Source of the DNA: Candidatus Hodarchaeota archaeon
GTDB taxonomy: Archaea > Asgardarchaeota > Heimdallarchaeia > Hodarchaeales > Hodarchaeaceae
Assembly (NCBI GenBank): GCA_029856365.1
Contig: JAHQWW010000037.1
Coordinates: 1 to 28,703 of the forward strand
Length of the DNA stretch: 28,703 nt
Direction of reading: 5' to 3'
This document shows, piece after piece, positions 28,520-28,703 of this stretch. The stretch's first letter is position 1. Each line of letters begins with the position of its first letter. A program made the position numbers and the translations under genes. The notes beneath the pieces are model-generated. The model made no database searches, was not told where the DNA came from, and saw nothing but the letters and a program-made list of their open reading frames with translations.

Positions 28520-28703
28520 ATGGAAGAATACAATGAATCTATCCCTGAACCACGTGTACCACGAAGAAGAGCTCGACAAAAATATGGTTTTGCAGGAGCA
28601 CGAATTGATAGAATCATTCGTGATGCAGGTGCATTTCGTGTATCGAGTGATGCCATTAAACGATTGAATGAGATTATAACTGATCGTGGAATGAATATCG
28701 CAA
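28520..28703 (+). CDS. Archaeal histone with N-terminal tail (partial; runs off the window)
   Basis: Hand translation: MEEYNESIPEPRVPRRRARQKYGFAGARIDRIIRDAGAFRVSSDAIKRLNEIITDRGMNIA. Contains the HMf-type RII..AGA.RVS.DA pattern; GAGGTGA RBS upstream. Not in the ORF track. Confidence 0.9.
   Translation, partial: MEEYNESIPEPRVPRRRARQKYGFAGARIDRIIRDAGAFRVSSDAIKRLNEIITDRGMNIA

Noticed and set aside
28429-28656. Track ORF 28429..28656 (-)
   Set aside because: Antisense to the histone gene; no protein-like features.

Overview
AT-rich archaeal chromosomal segment. The gene repertoire (histone with an N-terminal tail, eukaryote-like Top3, PAC2 chaperone, AK6/Fap7) suggests an Asgard archaeon, possibly Heimdallarchaeia/Hodarchaeales-like; this is inference only. 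The core is a cluster for the modified (Aeropyrum-type) archaeal mevalonate pathway: mvk, ubiD-family decarboxylase, aconitase X large and small subunits, ubiX and fni. It is interrupted by an atypical adenine-deaminase-family gene carrying an insertion of about 50 aa. The window also holds pgk, a Top3beta-like type IA topoisomerase, two MBL hydrolases, back-to-back tnpB and tyrosine-recombinase relics, an NYN + 2xLOTUS RNase, and a PAC2-Hsp20-histone run. Three ORFs missing from the supplied track were found by hand: (i) a tailed histone running off the right end; (ii) a 49-aa truncated histone paralog at 22318-22467; (iii) a virus-type DUF5754-like ORF at the left end, which appears to cut a host transglutaminase-like gene (chimeric assembly or viral junction). 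No CRISPR array, rRNA or tRNA was seen.
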